A stretch of 64,000 nt of DNA, taken from contig JAQBEH010000114.1 of NCBI GenBank assembly GCA_032124015.1, forward strand, positions 936 through 64,935, in the 5' to 3' direction. Within the stretch, counting starts at the first letter, position 1. The number at the start of each line of letters is the position of its first letter. The notes under the pieces were generated by a model that was given only the letters and a program-made list of their open reading frames with translations, was not told the DNA's origin and made no database searches. Shown here in pieces: positions 8,561-16,691 of the stretch. This DNA is from Acidobacteriota bacterium. GTDB taxonomy: Bacteria > Acidobacteriota > Polarisedimenticolia > Polarisedimenticolales > DASRJG01. The position numbers were made by a program, and so were the translations under genes.

Positions 8561-9586
8561 CCGCTGCGGTTCGACGATCACTTTCAACGACTCGCCCGCT
8601 TCTTCGACCAAGCGGAAGGCCTCGCCGGTTTCGGCCAGCGGGAGCCGGTGCGTGATCAACGACACCACGTCCACCCGTCGCGCGGCGATCGCATCGAGGG
8701 CGGCGCGCATGTCGGCCGGCGGGCCGGCGTACGAGTGGAGGATCGTGATGCCGTCCTTCCCGAGCTCGTAGACCGGGAACGGGAAGGTCACACCCGGCGG
8801 AAAAAGCGCGAAGAAAAGGACCGTGCCGCCCCGATCGACCGCGTGCAGCGCTTGCCCGACGGCTGCCAGCGCGGCGGTGCAAACGATCACGAGATCTGCG
8901 GCACGCCCCTCATTCGCTTCCTGGACGCGCGCCGGGACGTCCTGCTGGCGCGCGTCGATCGTGACGGCGGCGCCGGCGCGCCGCGCGGCGTCGAGCCGGA
9001 ACGGGTGGATGTCGGTGGCGAGGATCCTGGCCGCCCCGTGTGCTTTCGCCCAGAGGACGTGGAGCAGCCCCGAGATCCCGCTCCCGAGGACGGCGACGGT
9101 TTTCCCCGCAACCCCGCCCGCGATGCGCTGGCCGCGGGCGACGCAGGCGAGCGGCTCGACGAACGAGGCCTCTTCGTAGGAGACGTGATCCGGGATTGCG
9201 AAGGTGCCTCGCGCGACGTTCGCCGCGGGGAGGCGCACGAACTCCGCGAATCCTCCCGGGTCGAAGCTGGTCTTGCGGAGCGTGTCGCACACCGGGTGCT
9301 GCCCCGCGAGGCAGTAGCGGCATTCGTTGCACGGAACGTGATGCGTCGTGACGATGCGGTCGCCTACGGCGAATCCCGCGAGCCCCGCTCCGATCTCGAC
9401 GACCTCGCCCGCGACCTCGTGGCCAAGGACGACCGGCGCCTTGGCCAGGCGGTACCACTCCATGACGTCGCTGCCGCAAACTCCGGAGGCCGTGACGCGA
9501 AAGACCAACTCGCCGGGGCCGGCGTCAGGCCGCGGGCGTTCTTCGACGCGTACGTCGCGGTTCGAGTAGTAGACCGCCACTCTCAT
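8558..9586 (-). CDS. zinc-dependent medium-chain alcohol/polyol dehydrogenase
   Basis: GVCGSD....GHE.AGEV zinc motif, CxxCxxC structural zinc site (CNECRYC) and GxGxxG (LGSGISG). Confidence 0.85.
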   Translation of the reverse strand: MRVAVYYSNRDVRVEERPRPDAGPGELVFRVTASGVCGSDVMEWYRLAKAPVVLGHEVAGEVVEIGAGLAGFAVGDRIVTTHHVPCNECRYCLAGQHPVCDTLRKTSFDPGGFAEFVRLPAANVARGTFAIPDHVSYEEASFVEPLACVARGQRIAGGVAGKTVAVLGSGISGLLHVLWAKAHGAARILATDIHPFRLDAARRAGAAVTIDARQQDVPARVQEANEGRAADLVIVCTAALAAVGQALHAVDRGGTVLFFALFPPGVTFPFPVYELGKDGITILHSYAGPPADMRAALDAIAARRVDVVSLITHRLPLAETGEAFRLVEEAGESLKVIVEPQR

Positions 9587-10374
9587 CGCGGACCTTTGGA
9601 TTTCTCCTGCTCGTAGATGGCGAAGGCGTCGTTGCTCGTCGCCCCGTCGTGCACGACCGCGCGGATGGCCCGGATCATTCCCACGGGGCAGTCCGACTGG
9701 AAGATATTCCGGCCCATGTCGACACCCGCCGCCCCGGCACGCACCGCGCTGAAAGCCAGCTCGATCGCCTCGCGCTCGCCGATTTTCTTTCCGCCAGCGA
9801 TGATCAAGGGCACCGGCGTGGCGCGCACGATCTCTTCAAACCCTTCGCAGTAATACGTCTTCACGAAGTGCGCGCCGATTTCGGCCGCGATGCGACAACA
9901 CAGGCCGAGGTAGCGCGCGTCGCGCGTCATCTCTTTGCCCACCGCCGTCACGGCGAGCACCGGAATGCCGTACTTCTCACCCAGGTCCACCAACTTCGCG
10001 AGGTTGAGCAGCGTGGCGCGCTCACCCTGAGAGCCGACGAAGATCGACAGCGTGATCGCGGAGACGTTCAGGCGGATCGCGTCTTCGATGTCCACCGTCA
10101 GCCCTTCGTGCGACAGCTCGTTCAAGATCGACGCGCCGCCCGACACGCGCAGCACCACCGGCACGTTCGCCGAAGGCGCGACCGACGTGCGCAGCACCCC
10201 ACGCGTCAGCATCAGAGAGTCGGCGTACGGAAGCAGCGGCGCGATCGTTTTCCGCGGCTCTTCGAGGCCCGAGGTCGGCCCGAGGAAGTAACCATGATCG
10301 ACGGCCAGCATCACGGTGTGGCCGTGCGGCGGCTTGAGGATGCGTGCGAGCCGATTCGAAAGACCCCAGTCCAT
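9583..10374 (-). CDS. DhnA-type class I aldolase family protein, LsrF-like
   Basis: MLAVDHGYFLGP, VLRVSGG, FVKTYY (Schiff-base Lys position), IIAGGKK and GVDMGRNIFQS. From memory very close to E. coli LsrF over its whole length. ATGA overlap with the ADH. Confidence 0.8.
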   Translation of the reverse strand: MDWGLSNRLARILKPPHGHTVMLAVDHGYFLGPTSGLEEPRKTIAPLLPYADSLMLTRGVLRTSVAPSANVPVVLRVSGGASILNELSHEGLTVDIEDAIRLNVSAITLSIFVGSQGERATLLNLAKLVDLGEKYGIPVLAVTAVGKEMTRDARYLGLCCRIAAEIGAHFVKTYYCEGFEEIVRATPVPLIIAGGKKIGEREAIELAFSAVRAGAAGVDMGRNIFQSDCPVGMIRAIRAVVHDGATSNDAFAIYEQEKSKGPR

Positions 10375-10390
10375 GAGCTAGTCTCCGCGC

Positions 10391-11107
10391 GTGAGCACTC
10401 GGAAAACCAGATCTTACCCCGTTCCATGGGGGCGCGTCTTGCTCGGAGCCGCGATTCTCATGGGAATCGCCGGGCTCTACGGAACCCTTCCTGTCGGCGA
10501 GACGCTGCAGACCCTCGTCCGCAGGATCGACGCGCTGGGCCCCTGGGCCGGCGCCGTGTTCGTCCTGGTGTACGCGGCGGCTTCAGTGCTGCTCCTCCCC
10601 GTCTGGATCCTGACCGTCGCCGCGGGCGCCGTTTTCGGCGTCGCGCGCGGCAGCGTCCTCGTGCTGCTCGGGGCCACACTCGGCGCGATGGCGGCGTTCG
10701 CCCTCGCCCGCACCGGGCTTCGGGATTTCGTCCGACGGTGGGCGCGCGCCTACCCCGACTTCGACAAACTCGATCGTGCGATCGCCGCCCGGGGAGGCTG
10801 GATCGTTTTTCTCGTGCGCCTGTCGCCCGTCTTCCCGTTCGTCTACGTCAACTATCTATTCGGGCTGACCGCGATCCCAATGGCGATCTACGCGGCCACG
10901 ACGATCGTCGGAATGATTCCCGCGACCGTCGTCTACGTCGCGCTCGGCGCCTCGGCCGGTGCCGCGGCGACCGGCCAGGCCGCGGCCTGGTCAATGGCGC
11001 GCATCGTCGTGACGGTCGCCGGCGTCGCTGCCGCCATCATCGTGTCGTTCATCGTCGCGAGAATCGCGACACGCGCGGTGCGCGACGCGGGATCGGGGAC
11101 TGAATAG
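10391..11107 (+). CDS. TVP38/TMEM64 (DedA/VTT-domain) membrane protein
   Basis: 238 aa, multi-TM. VLLLPVWILTVAAGAVFG and RLSPVFPF motifs of the VTT domain. GTG start. Confidence 0.75.
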   Translation: MSTRKTRSYPVPWGRVLLGAAILMGIAGLYGTLPVGETLQTLVRRIDALGPWAGAVFVLVYAAASVLLLPVWILTVAAGAVFGVARGSVLVLLGATLGAMAAFALARTGLRDFVRRWARAYPDFDKLDRAIAARGGWIVFLVRLSPVFPFVYVNYLFGLTAIPMAIYAATTIVGMIPATVVYVALGASAGAAATGQAAAWSMARIVVTVAGVAAAIIVSFIVARIATRAVRDAGSGTE

Positions 11108-11135
11108 GGGACACTCCCAGTCGTGTCCCCTATTC
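11102..11135. repeat. REP-like palindrome, two inverted GAATAGGGGACAC copies; probable bidirectional terminator
   Basis: GAATAGGGGACAC-TCCCAGTC-GTGTCCCCTATTC. Both flanking convergent genes end in GAA TAG supplied by the element. Confidence 0.65.
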
Positions 11136-11717
11136 CGCTGCCAGTCCGGCCTCCGAGAGCGCGCGAGCAAGCAAGTCGGCGAGGTTCAAGTCGGCCGCGA
11201 CGCGCGTGAGATACGTACGGTCGAGCGCGCCACCTTGCACCTTGAGCACGCCGAGGACGTCACGCCACTGCCGGTCCGACACGCCACCGCCCATTCGGTA
11301 CCAGCGGAGCTTGTGGATGACGACATCCTCCGGCGAGGCCAGTTGGACCTCGGATCCCGGCACGGCGCGCAACGCGACGGAACGACTGCGCGCGAGCTGA
11401 TCGCGGTGGAGGGGATCGTCGGGCGACACGTAGACGTCGGCTTTGACGAGCATGTCCTCGTGAATCACGTTAAAGCTCGATGCGTTACGCACGGCGCGAC
11501 GAACTGAGGCTTCAACGATGTGGAACTCGCCGCGCGTAGAGGCTAGAAGCGCGTCGATGTGTTCGGGCCGCAGCTCCGCCACAAGATCGACATCGAGCGT
11601 CGTTCGCACCTCGCCGTATACAGAGGATGCGACGGACCCGCCGACGCAGTATCGAATACCGAGACGTTCGAACATCCGGCCGAGGATTAAAGCGAGTTCG
11701 ACGGGATCGGGGGTCAC
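11130..11717 (-). CDS. Pol-beta-fold nucleotidyltransferase-domain protein
   Basis: [21 protein letters not shown] fits the G[GS]-x9-13-DxD NTase motif. GTG start overlaps the upstream stop (TAGTG). Confidence 0.6.
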   Translation of the reverse strand: MTPDPVELALILGRMFERLGIRYCVGGSVASSVYGEVRTTLDVDLVAELRPEHIDALLASTRGEFHIVEASVRRAVRNASSFNVIHEDMLVKADVYVSPDDPLHRDQLARSRSVALRAVPGSEVQLASPEDVVIHKLRWYRMGGGVSDRQWRDVLGVLKVQGGALDRTYLTRVAADLNLADLLARALSEAGLAAE

Positions 11718-12010
11718 TACCAGCCTTCCAGGTGCGGGTCCCAGCCGAACAACTCGATCGACACCTCGCGTCCGAGCGTCAGTGCGGCGAAGCGTTTTCG
11801 CAGCTCGACGTCAGACGCCGCGGGATGACGTTGGCGCAGCCCTGCCATCGCCAGTTCGCACGCAGCGCGAGTAGACGCGGAGAGCATCTCGGCCTTGCGC
11901 CAGGGCGGTAGCTCGCGGATCCGATCGAACAGATACCTTTCCGTCGCCTCGTCGGTGTCGAGCGACTGCGGACGGTAGCCTCGGGGCTGCTTGGGCTCGG
12001 GCAACGGCAT
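11717..12010 (-). CDS. small hypothetical partner of the nucleotidyltransferase (97 aa)
   Basis: ATG 12010 is preceded by GAGG. 1-nt overlap with the NTase gene. No recognisable domain. Confidence 0.5.
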   Translation of the reverse strand: MPLPEPKQPRGYRPQSLDTDEATERYLFDRIRELPPWRKAEMLSASTRAACELAMAGLRQRHPAASDVELRKRFAALTLGREVSIELFGWDPHLEGW

Positions 12011-12062
12011 CACGGCCTCGGTGCGGAGTCGACGAGTTGATCGTACCCCGATCACGCTCGAA

Positions 12063-13166
12063 CTAACCCTTCTTAGTCGCATGCCAGGCCGTCAGCAGTT
12101 CCTTCTCTTTGTCGGCGCTGATCCCCGCGAGGAGCTTGCCGCGGCGGTCGACCGGGAGCGTCTTGAACCAAGCCAGGGTGTCCTTCGCCGTGGCCGCGGC
12201 GGAGCGGAAGGTGAGGCCCGCCGCAATCGCTTTGGCGCAGCTGATCTGGGTGAACCCTTCCTCGCCGTCTTGGTTCGGGACCCACACGGGGAGGTCGCTC
12301 CACGGGGCGACTTTTTCCTTCTCGAGAAACTCCGTCGAGACCCACGTGAACTTCGCGTCGCCGCCGACTCCCTTCTTGATCCCCTCAAGCATGGCCTTCA
12401 TCGTCAGTTTCTTGGCCGGGCCGGTCGCGTTGTAGGTTCCGGTCAAGTCGCGTTCGATGCCGAGCACGAGCCACACGGCGAGATCGCGCACGTCGACGTA
12501 CTGGACCGGGTCGCTGCCGTCGCCGGGGGCGAGTACTTCACCGCCTCGCGCGACGCGCACCGGCCAGTAGGTGTAACGGTCCGTCTTGTCGCCGGGCCCC
12601 ACGATCAACCCCGGGCGGACGATCCACGCGCGGCCGGACATCGCCTTGTCCGCGGCTTTCTCGCAGAGCGCCTTCAACGCCCCGTAGTACTTCGCCACCT
12701 CTTCGTTCGATTCGTCGGGCATCGTGGCGAGCGGGCCATCCTCGGCGGTGCCGGGTTTGATCCCTTCGCCAAAGACGGAAATCGTCGAGATGAAGACGTA
12801 CTGCTTGACGTTTTGGGCGAGAAGCTCCGCGGACATCGTGACGATGCGCGGGACGAACCCCGACGTGTCGATGACGGCGTCCCATTTGCGCCCCTCGAGG
12901 CTGGTAAGGTCGCCGTTGCGGTCGCCGCGTAATTTCTCGACGTCGGGGAAGAGGCCGGGGTTCGTCTTGCCGCGATTGAAAAGGGTGAGGACGTGGCCGC
13001 GCGCCTGCGCCGCCTCAACGATCTGAGGGCCAAGGAACGCGGTGCCGCCCAGGATCAGAATTTTCATCGGCTTCACCTTCGGGAGAGGTGGCAGCACGGC
13101 GAGAAGCGTGGCGCCGGTTCCGGCGACGCCTGCGGTCTTCACGAACTCCCGGCGATTGCGATCCAT
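12063..13166 (-). CDS. Tat-signal NAD-dependent epimerase/dehydratase (extended SDR)
   Basis: MDRNRREFVK twin-arginine motif, then ILILGGTAFLGPQIV Rossmann motif. Start taken at ATG 13166 rather than the track start 13229. Confidence 0.8.
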   Translation of the reverse strand: MDRNRREFVKTAGVAGTGATLLAVLPPLPKVKPMKILILGGTAFLGPQIVEAAQARGHVLTLFNRGKTNPGLFPDVEKLRGDRNGDLTSLEGRKWDAVIDTSGFVPRIVTMSAELLAQNVKQYVFISTISVFGEGIKPGTAEDGPLATMPDESNEEVAKYYGALKALCEKAADKAMSGRAWIVRPGLIVGPGDKTDRYTYWPVRVARGGEVLAPGDGSDPVQYVDVRDLAVWLVLGIERDLTGTYNATGPAKKLTMKAMLEGIKKGVGGDAKFTWVSTEFLEKEKVAPWSDLPVWVPNQDGEEGFTQISCAKAIAAGLTFRSAAATAKDTLAWFKTLPVDRRGKLLAGISADKEKELLTAWHATKKG

Positions 13167-14404
13167 CACGCTCCCTTTCTTGCGAGCGCCGCGTGGCGTC
13201 GCGCCGCGAATAACGCGACCCCGACCCACCCGGCGCAGACGACGAGCATACCCGCGGTGACGACGTAAGGGGGAGGGGCGATCGAGCGCACCGCGTCGTA
13301 CGCCCAGATCGCCGCCGCATCCCCGCCGCGGAAAACGACGGTGTCGATGAACGCCTTCGCCTTGTACTTCTCTTCGGGTGACACGACGGTGAACAGCACC
13401 TCACGCGAGGGCCGCTCGAGCCCGTACTGGAGGCCGCGCCGCACGATCTGCACCGCGACCAACATCGCCAAGCCGGGGGCAAACCCCAACCCGAGAAATC
13501 CTCCCGCCGTCAGAACCGGCAGCACGCACAGTGCGACGCCCAAGCCGAGCACGGTCAAGACCCATCCGGTCACGACCCCTTGCATGACCAACGCAACCAC
13601 GTTGACCCAGAGATCGATCCGGGCAAACAACGCCGTTCGCATGGTCGAATCCTGGATCGTGGCGCCGATGATGCGGGCCTGGTCGGCGTAGATCACGGTC
13701 GACGTGGTCGTGTAGGCGAGCATCATCCCGACGACGGCGAGAAGGTAAGGCGAGGCCAGCGCGAGCCGGAATCCCGCGAAGGCGCCGCCGCCGACCGCGC
13801 GGTCGGGCGCTCGACCGAGCGAGCCTGCGTCGTGCGTTCCCGCCCAGGCGATCAGGCGCTTTACGCAAAACACCGCCGCTTCGAGAAAGAGCGCGGCGGC
13901 GACGTAGAGACCCGCGCGCCCGAAAGGCTTCACGAGGAGCGTCGCCAGGAACGGGCCCGCGATCGCTCCCAGGCTGCCGCCGACGGCGATCGACCCGAAG
14001 AGGCGTTTCCCCTGTTCGGCGCGGAACGTGTCCACCATGAAGCTCCAGAAGATGGACACGACGAAGAGGCTGAAAACGGAGACCCAGACAAAGAAAACCC
14101 GCGCCACCCAGACCTCGGAAACGCCGACGCGGTCGAGGAGCAAGAACACGAGCAGGTTGGCGGCGAAGAACCGGTAGACGACGGGGATGATCGTGCGGCG
14201 CGGGAAACGCGCGACGACGGCGGAGTAGAAGGGCACAGCGAGGAGCATTACGACGAAGGTCGCCGTGAACTGCCACGGCAGATTCTTCACGCCGCCGACG
14301 ATCCCCATCTCGTCGCGCAGGGGTCGGAGGATGTAGTAACCGCAAAGGACGGCGAAAAAATAGAGGAAGGCCCAGAAAACAGCCGGCCGCTCCGCCTTGT
14401 CCAA
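13166..14404 (-). CDS. MFS-type transporter, TLC/ATP-ADP-translocase-like family
   Basis: 412 aa, about 11-12 TM. N-terminal YYILRPLRDEMG motif is characteristic of Npt/TLC-like MFS proteins. Confidence 0.65.
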   Translation of the reverse strand: MDKAERPAVFWAFLYFFAVLCGYYILRPLRDEMGIVGGVKNLPWQFTATFVVMLLAVPFYSAVVARFPRRTIIPVVYRFFAANLLVFLLLDRVGVSEVWVARVFFVWVSVFSLFVVSIFWSFMVDTFRAEQGKRLFGSIAVGGSLGAIAGPFLATLLVKPFGRAGLYVAAALFLEAAVFCVKRLIAWAGTHDAGSLGRAPDRAVGGGAFAGFRLALASPYLLAVVGMMLAYTTTSTVIYADQARIIGATIQDSTMRTALFARIDLWVNVVALVMQGVVTGWVLTVLGLGVALCVLPVLTAGGFLGLGFAPGLAMLVAVQIVRRGLQYGLERPSREVLFTVVSPEEKYKAKAFIDTVVFRGGDAAAIWAYDAVRSIAPPPYVVTAGMLVVCAGWVGVALFAARRHAALARKGA

Positions 14405-14959
14405 CTACGGCTCGAGGAGTTGCGCGAGGCGGTTGAACGCCTCGCCCCAGAACTCCTTCTGCTTCGCCGCCGCGCGGGCGCTGGCGAGCTTGCCGTGCTG
14501 GACGACGATCTGGGTTTTCGCGGCGCCCTTCGCGTGAAGGCTGACCTCGAGGTTCGAGCCGTCGCCCCACGTGACGCGCAGGACCTTGTTCTCGGTCGCC
14601 TTGCGGATCGTGAGCTTGGCTCCGAGAAGCCACTGGGCCCGGCGGCGGGTGTTCCCCCACGCTTCGTACACGTCGTCGACCGGGGCCTTGATCGTCTTGC
14701 TGCGGCTGATCTCGAACCCATCGGGCTTCTCGTGCTTGGCCCTCAGACCCTTGGCCTGCTCGTACGCGACGGCCACCATCTGCCGCCACCACGGCGAGAG
14801 GCCATGCTTGCTCGAAAGCAGCTTGACGATGTCCTTGTGGCTCATCGCGTGAGCGCGCGCCTTGTCCAGGAGGGCGAACCACTGCACCCAGGTCTTGCCG
14901 GTCTTGGCCTTGACCGCTTCCGAGGAGATGTTGAGGCCGACCCTGTTCGCCACGTCCAC
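14405..14959 (-). CDS. DUF4287-like N-domain plus SRPBCC/AHSA1-like C-domain protein
   Basis: N-terminal KTGKTW..W..LL....HK.IVK.L...HGLS.WW pattern. C-terminal beta-rich half resembles the Aha1/START fold. GTG start. Confidence 0.5.
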   Translation of the reverse strand: MDVANRVGLNISSEAVKAKTGKTWVQWFALLDKARAHAMSHKDIVKLLSSKHGLSPWWRQMVAVAYEQAKGLRAKHEKPDGFEISRSKTIKAPVDDVYEAWGNTRRRAQWLLGAKLTIRKATENKVLRVTWGDGSNLEVSLHAKGAAKTQIVVQHGKLASARAAAKQKEFWGEAFNRLAQLLEP

Positions 14960-14963
14960 GATG

Positions 14964-15170
14964 TTAACAGGGAATCAATGGGAGACCTGACCCCGAAGGG
15001 TATCCTGGTGGAAGGCGCAGCGAGTTGTCTTCGATGATCGAATCGCCGCCGATCGAGCAGAGCAGCGGGTACCGCGCGAGGTTGATGCCGGCGTTCAACG
15101 CGTCCGCCTTGCCGCCTTTTTCCTTGTCGATCACGATGATCTCGAACTCACCGTAGTTGATCATCAACAT
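14964..15170 (-). pseudogene. remnant of a family-2 glycosyltransferase (about 55 of roughly 400 codons)
   Basis: YGEFEIIVIDKEKGGKADALNAGINLARYPLLCSIGGDSIIEDN matches the GT2 core (EIIVVDD...GKA.ALN.G......D.D). An upstream in-frame stop and the 3-prime end run into a REP-like sequence. Confidence 0.6.
14977..14994. repeat. half copy of REP-like element, 18-nt exact inverted match to 37597..37614
   Basis: AATGGGAGACCTGACCCC is the reverse complement of GGGGTCAGGTCTCCCATT at 37597..37614. Confidence 0.7.
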
Positions 15171-15341
15171 CGAGCGGGAGGACGGGGATGTTCTTCAAGC
15201 GCTCGTCGGTCCGGATCGCACGACGAACCGGCGCGTGACCGGGTCGTCCTCGGCGACCCGAATGCGCCTCGCGACGCTCACTCTAGCCCCGACAGTGAAA
15301 ATCGTCGCCAAACGCACACTTCTCCCACTCCAGTGCGACGA

Positions 15342-15360
15342 GAGCGAATAGGGGTCCCCC
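15342..15360. repeat. degenerate REP-like element
   Basis: GCGAATAGGGGTCCCCCGA shares GAATAGGGG with the elements at 8538, 11102 and 31116. A hairpin follows: CCGAGGTGT...ACCCCTCGG. Confidence 0.4.
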
Positions 15361-15410
15361 GAGGTGTCGCGCAAGCGCAACCCCTCGGATCCATGTTCCG
15401 CTAGCCCCCC

Positions 15411-16625
15411 GTGGAAACGTGTCCGATAGTCCTTGGGCCTCCTCCGGAGGTCGGACCCGTGCCACCGGAGCGATTGACAGCCTGGCTTGCGATTCATCTT
15501 CTCCCCGGCGTCGGGCCCTTGACCGCGCGCCGCGCACTCGACCTTCACGGTGATCCCCGTGAAGTCGCCTTCCGGTTACCGGCGACCGCGTGGCGGGAAT
15601 TCCCCGGGATCGACACCACCACCGCTCGAGAGATCGTCGCTGCGCGGCCAGCGCTGATGCGGCGGGTCGAGGCGGAATGGGATGCGGCGGTTCGAAGGGA
15701 CCTCCGCATCGTAGCGAGAGACGACGCGGAGTACCCCTCGATGATCGCCGCCCTCCCCGACGCTCCCGTGGTTCTCTACGTCAAGGGAGAGCTGCCCAAC
15801 GGGCGCGTCCGGCTTGCGATGGTCGGATCGCGACGCGCCACCGCCTACGGCCGGCAGTTCGCCCGAGAACTCGCGGGGGACCTCGCCGCGTTGGGCGTCG
15901 AAATCGTCTCGGGGGGAGCGCGCGGGATCGACACCTGGGCGCATCGGGGAGCCCTCGAAGCGGGTGGGCGCACCGTCGCGGTGCTCGGATGCGGCTTCGC
16001 GCACACCTACCCGCCGGAAAACGCGGACCTGTTCAAGGCGATCGCCGCTTCGGGGGCGATCGTGAGCGAATTTCCGATCGAAACCTCGCCGTTGGCTGAG
16101 AACTTCCCGCGGCGGAACCGGCTCATCAGCGCCCTTTCCGCTGGGACGATCGTCGTCGAGGCCACCGATAAGTCCGGCTCGCTCATCACGGCCGGACACG
16201 CGCTCGAACAAGGTCGTGAGGTGATGGCGGTCCCCGGCCCCGTCACCTCGGAACAATCCCGGGGCTGCCACCGGCTGATCCAGCAGGGGGCGAAACTGGT
16301 TCAAACGGTCGAGGACGTGCTCTCCGAGCTGTCGCCTATGTACAGGGACGCGCTGGCCCGGGAAGCCCCGGGGACCCGTCCGGGCCCCTCTGACCCCGTT
16401 CCGTCGGGGTGCCCGGTTCAGGGCCTGACCCCAGATGAGGCCGCCGTTCTGGCCCTTTTCGACGATCCGCGACCCGTCCACGTGGACCGGCTTGCCGACA
16501 ATGCTACGTTCGGAGTGGCGCGGCTTCAGACGGCGCTCTTCGCTCTGGCGCTGCGCGGGTGTATTGATCCATTGGCGGGTGGGTACTATGTTGCCCGCCC
16601 TCGAACTGGGGCCTCCGGGGCTTGA
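15411..16625 (+). CDS. dprA: DNA-processing protein A (Smf)
   Basis: MVGSRRATAYG, IVSGGARGID, FPRRNRLISALS and VVEA...SGSLITA motifs. Conserved position upstream of topA. Confidence 0.85.
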   Translation: METCPIVLGPPPEVGPVPPERLTAWLAIHLLPGVGPLTARRALDLHGDPREVAFRLPATAWREFPGIDTTTAREIVAARPALMRRVEAEWDAAVRRDLRIVARDDAEYPSMIAALPDAPVVLYVKGELPNGRVRLAMVGSRRATAYGRQFARELAGDLAALGVEIVSGGARGIDTWAHRGALEAGGRTVAVLGCGFAHTYPPENADLFKAIAASGAIVSEFPIETSPLAENFPRRNRLISALSAGTIVVEATDKSGSLITAGHALEQGREVMAVPGPVTSEQSRGCHRLIQQGAKLVQTVEDVLSELSPMYRDALAREAPGTRPGPSDPVPSGCPVQGLTPDEAAVLALFDDPRPVHVDRLADNATFGVARLQTALFALALRGCIDPLAGGYYVARPRTGASGA

Positions 16626-16643
16626 AGCGGCAGAAGCCCACCG

Positions 16644-16678
16644 TTAAGAGTTGAGAGCTAAGAGTTAAGAGCCAAGAC
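16644..16678 (+). repeat. five tandem heptamers (TTAAGAG-like) in the dprA-topA spacer
   Basis: TTAAGAG TTGAGAG CTAAGAG TTAAGAG CCAAGAC. AT-rich patch just upstream of AAGGAAG and the topA ATG 16692. Confidence 0.7.
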
Positions 16679-16691
16679 AAAGGAAGAATGC

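Noticed and set aside
13401-14882. 493-aa minus-strand ORF, and the 485-aa plus-strand ORF 13580..15037
   Set aside because: They overlap the MFS transporter and DUF4287 genes in other frames. Low-complexity Arg/Pro/Gly-rich translation with no motifs.
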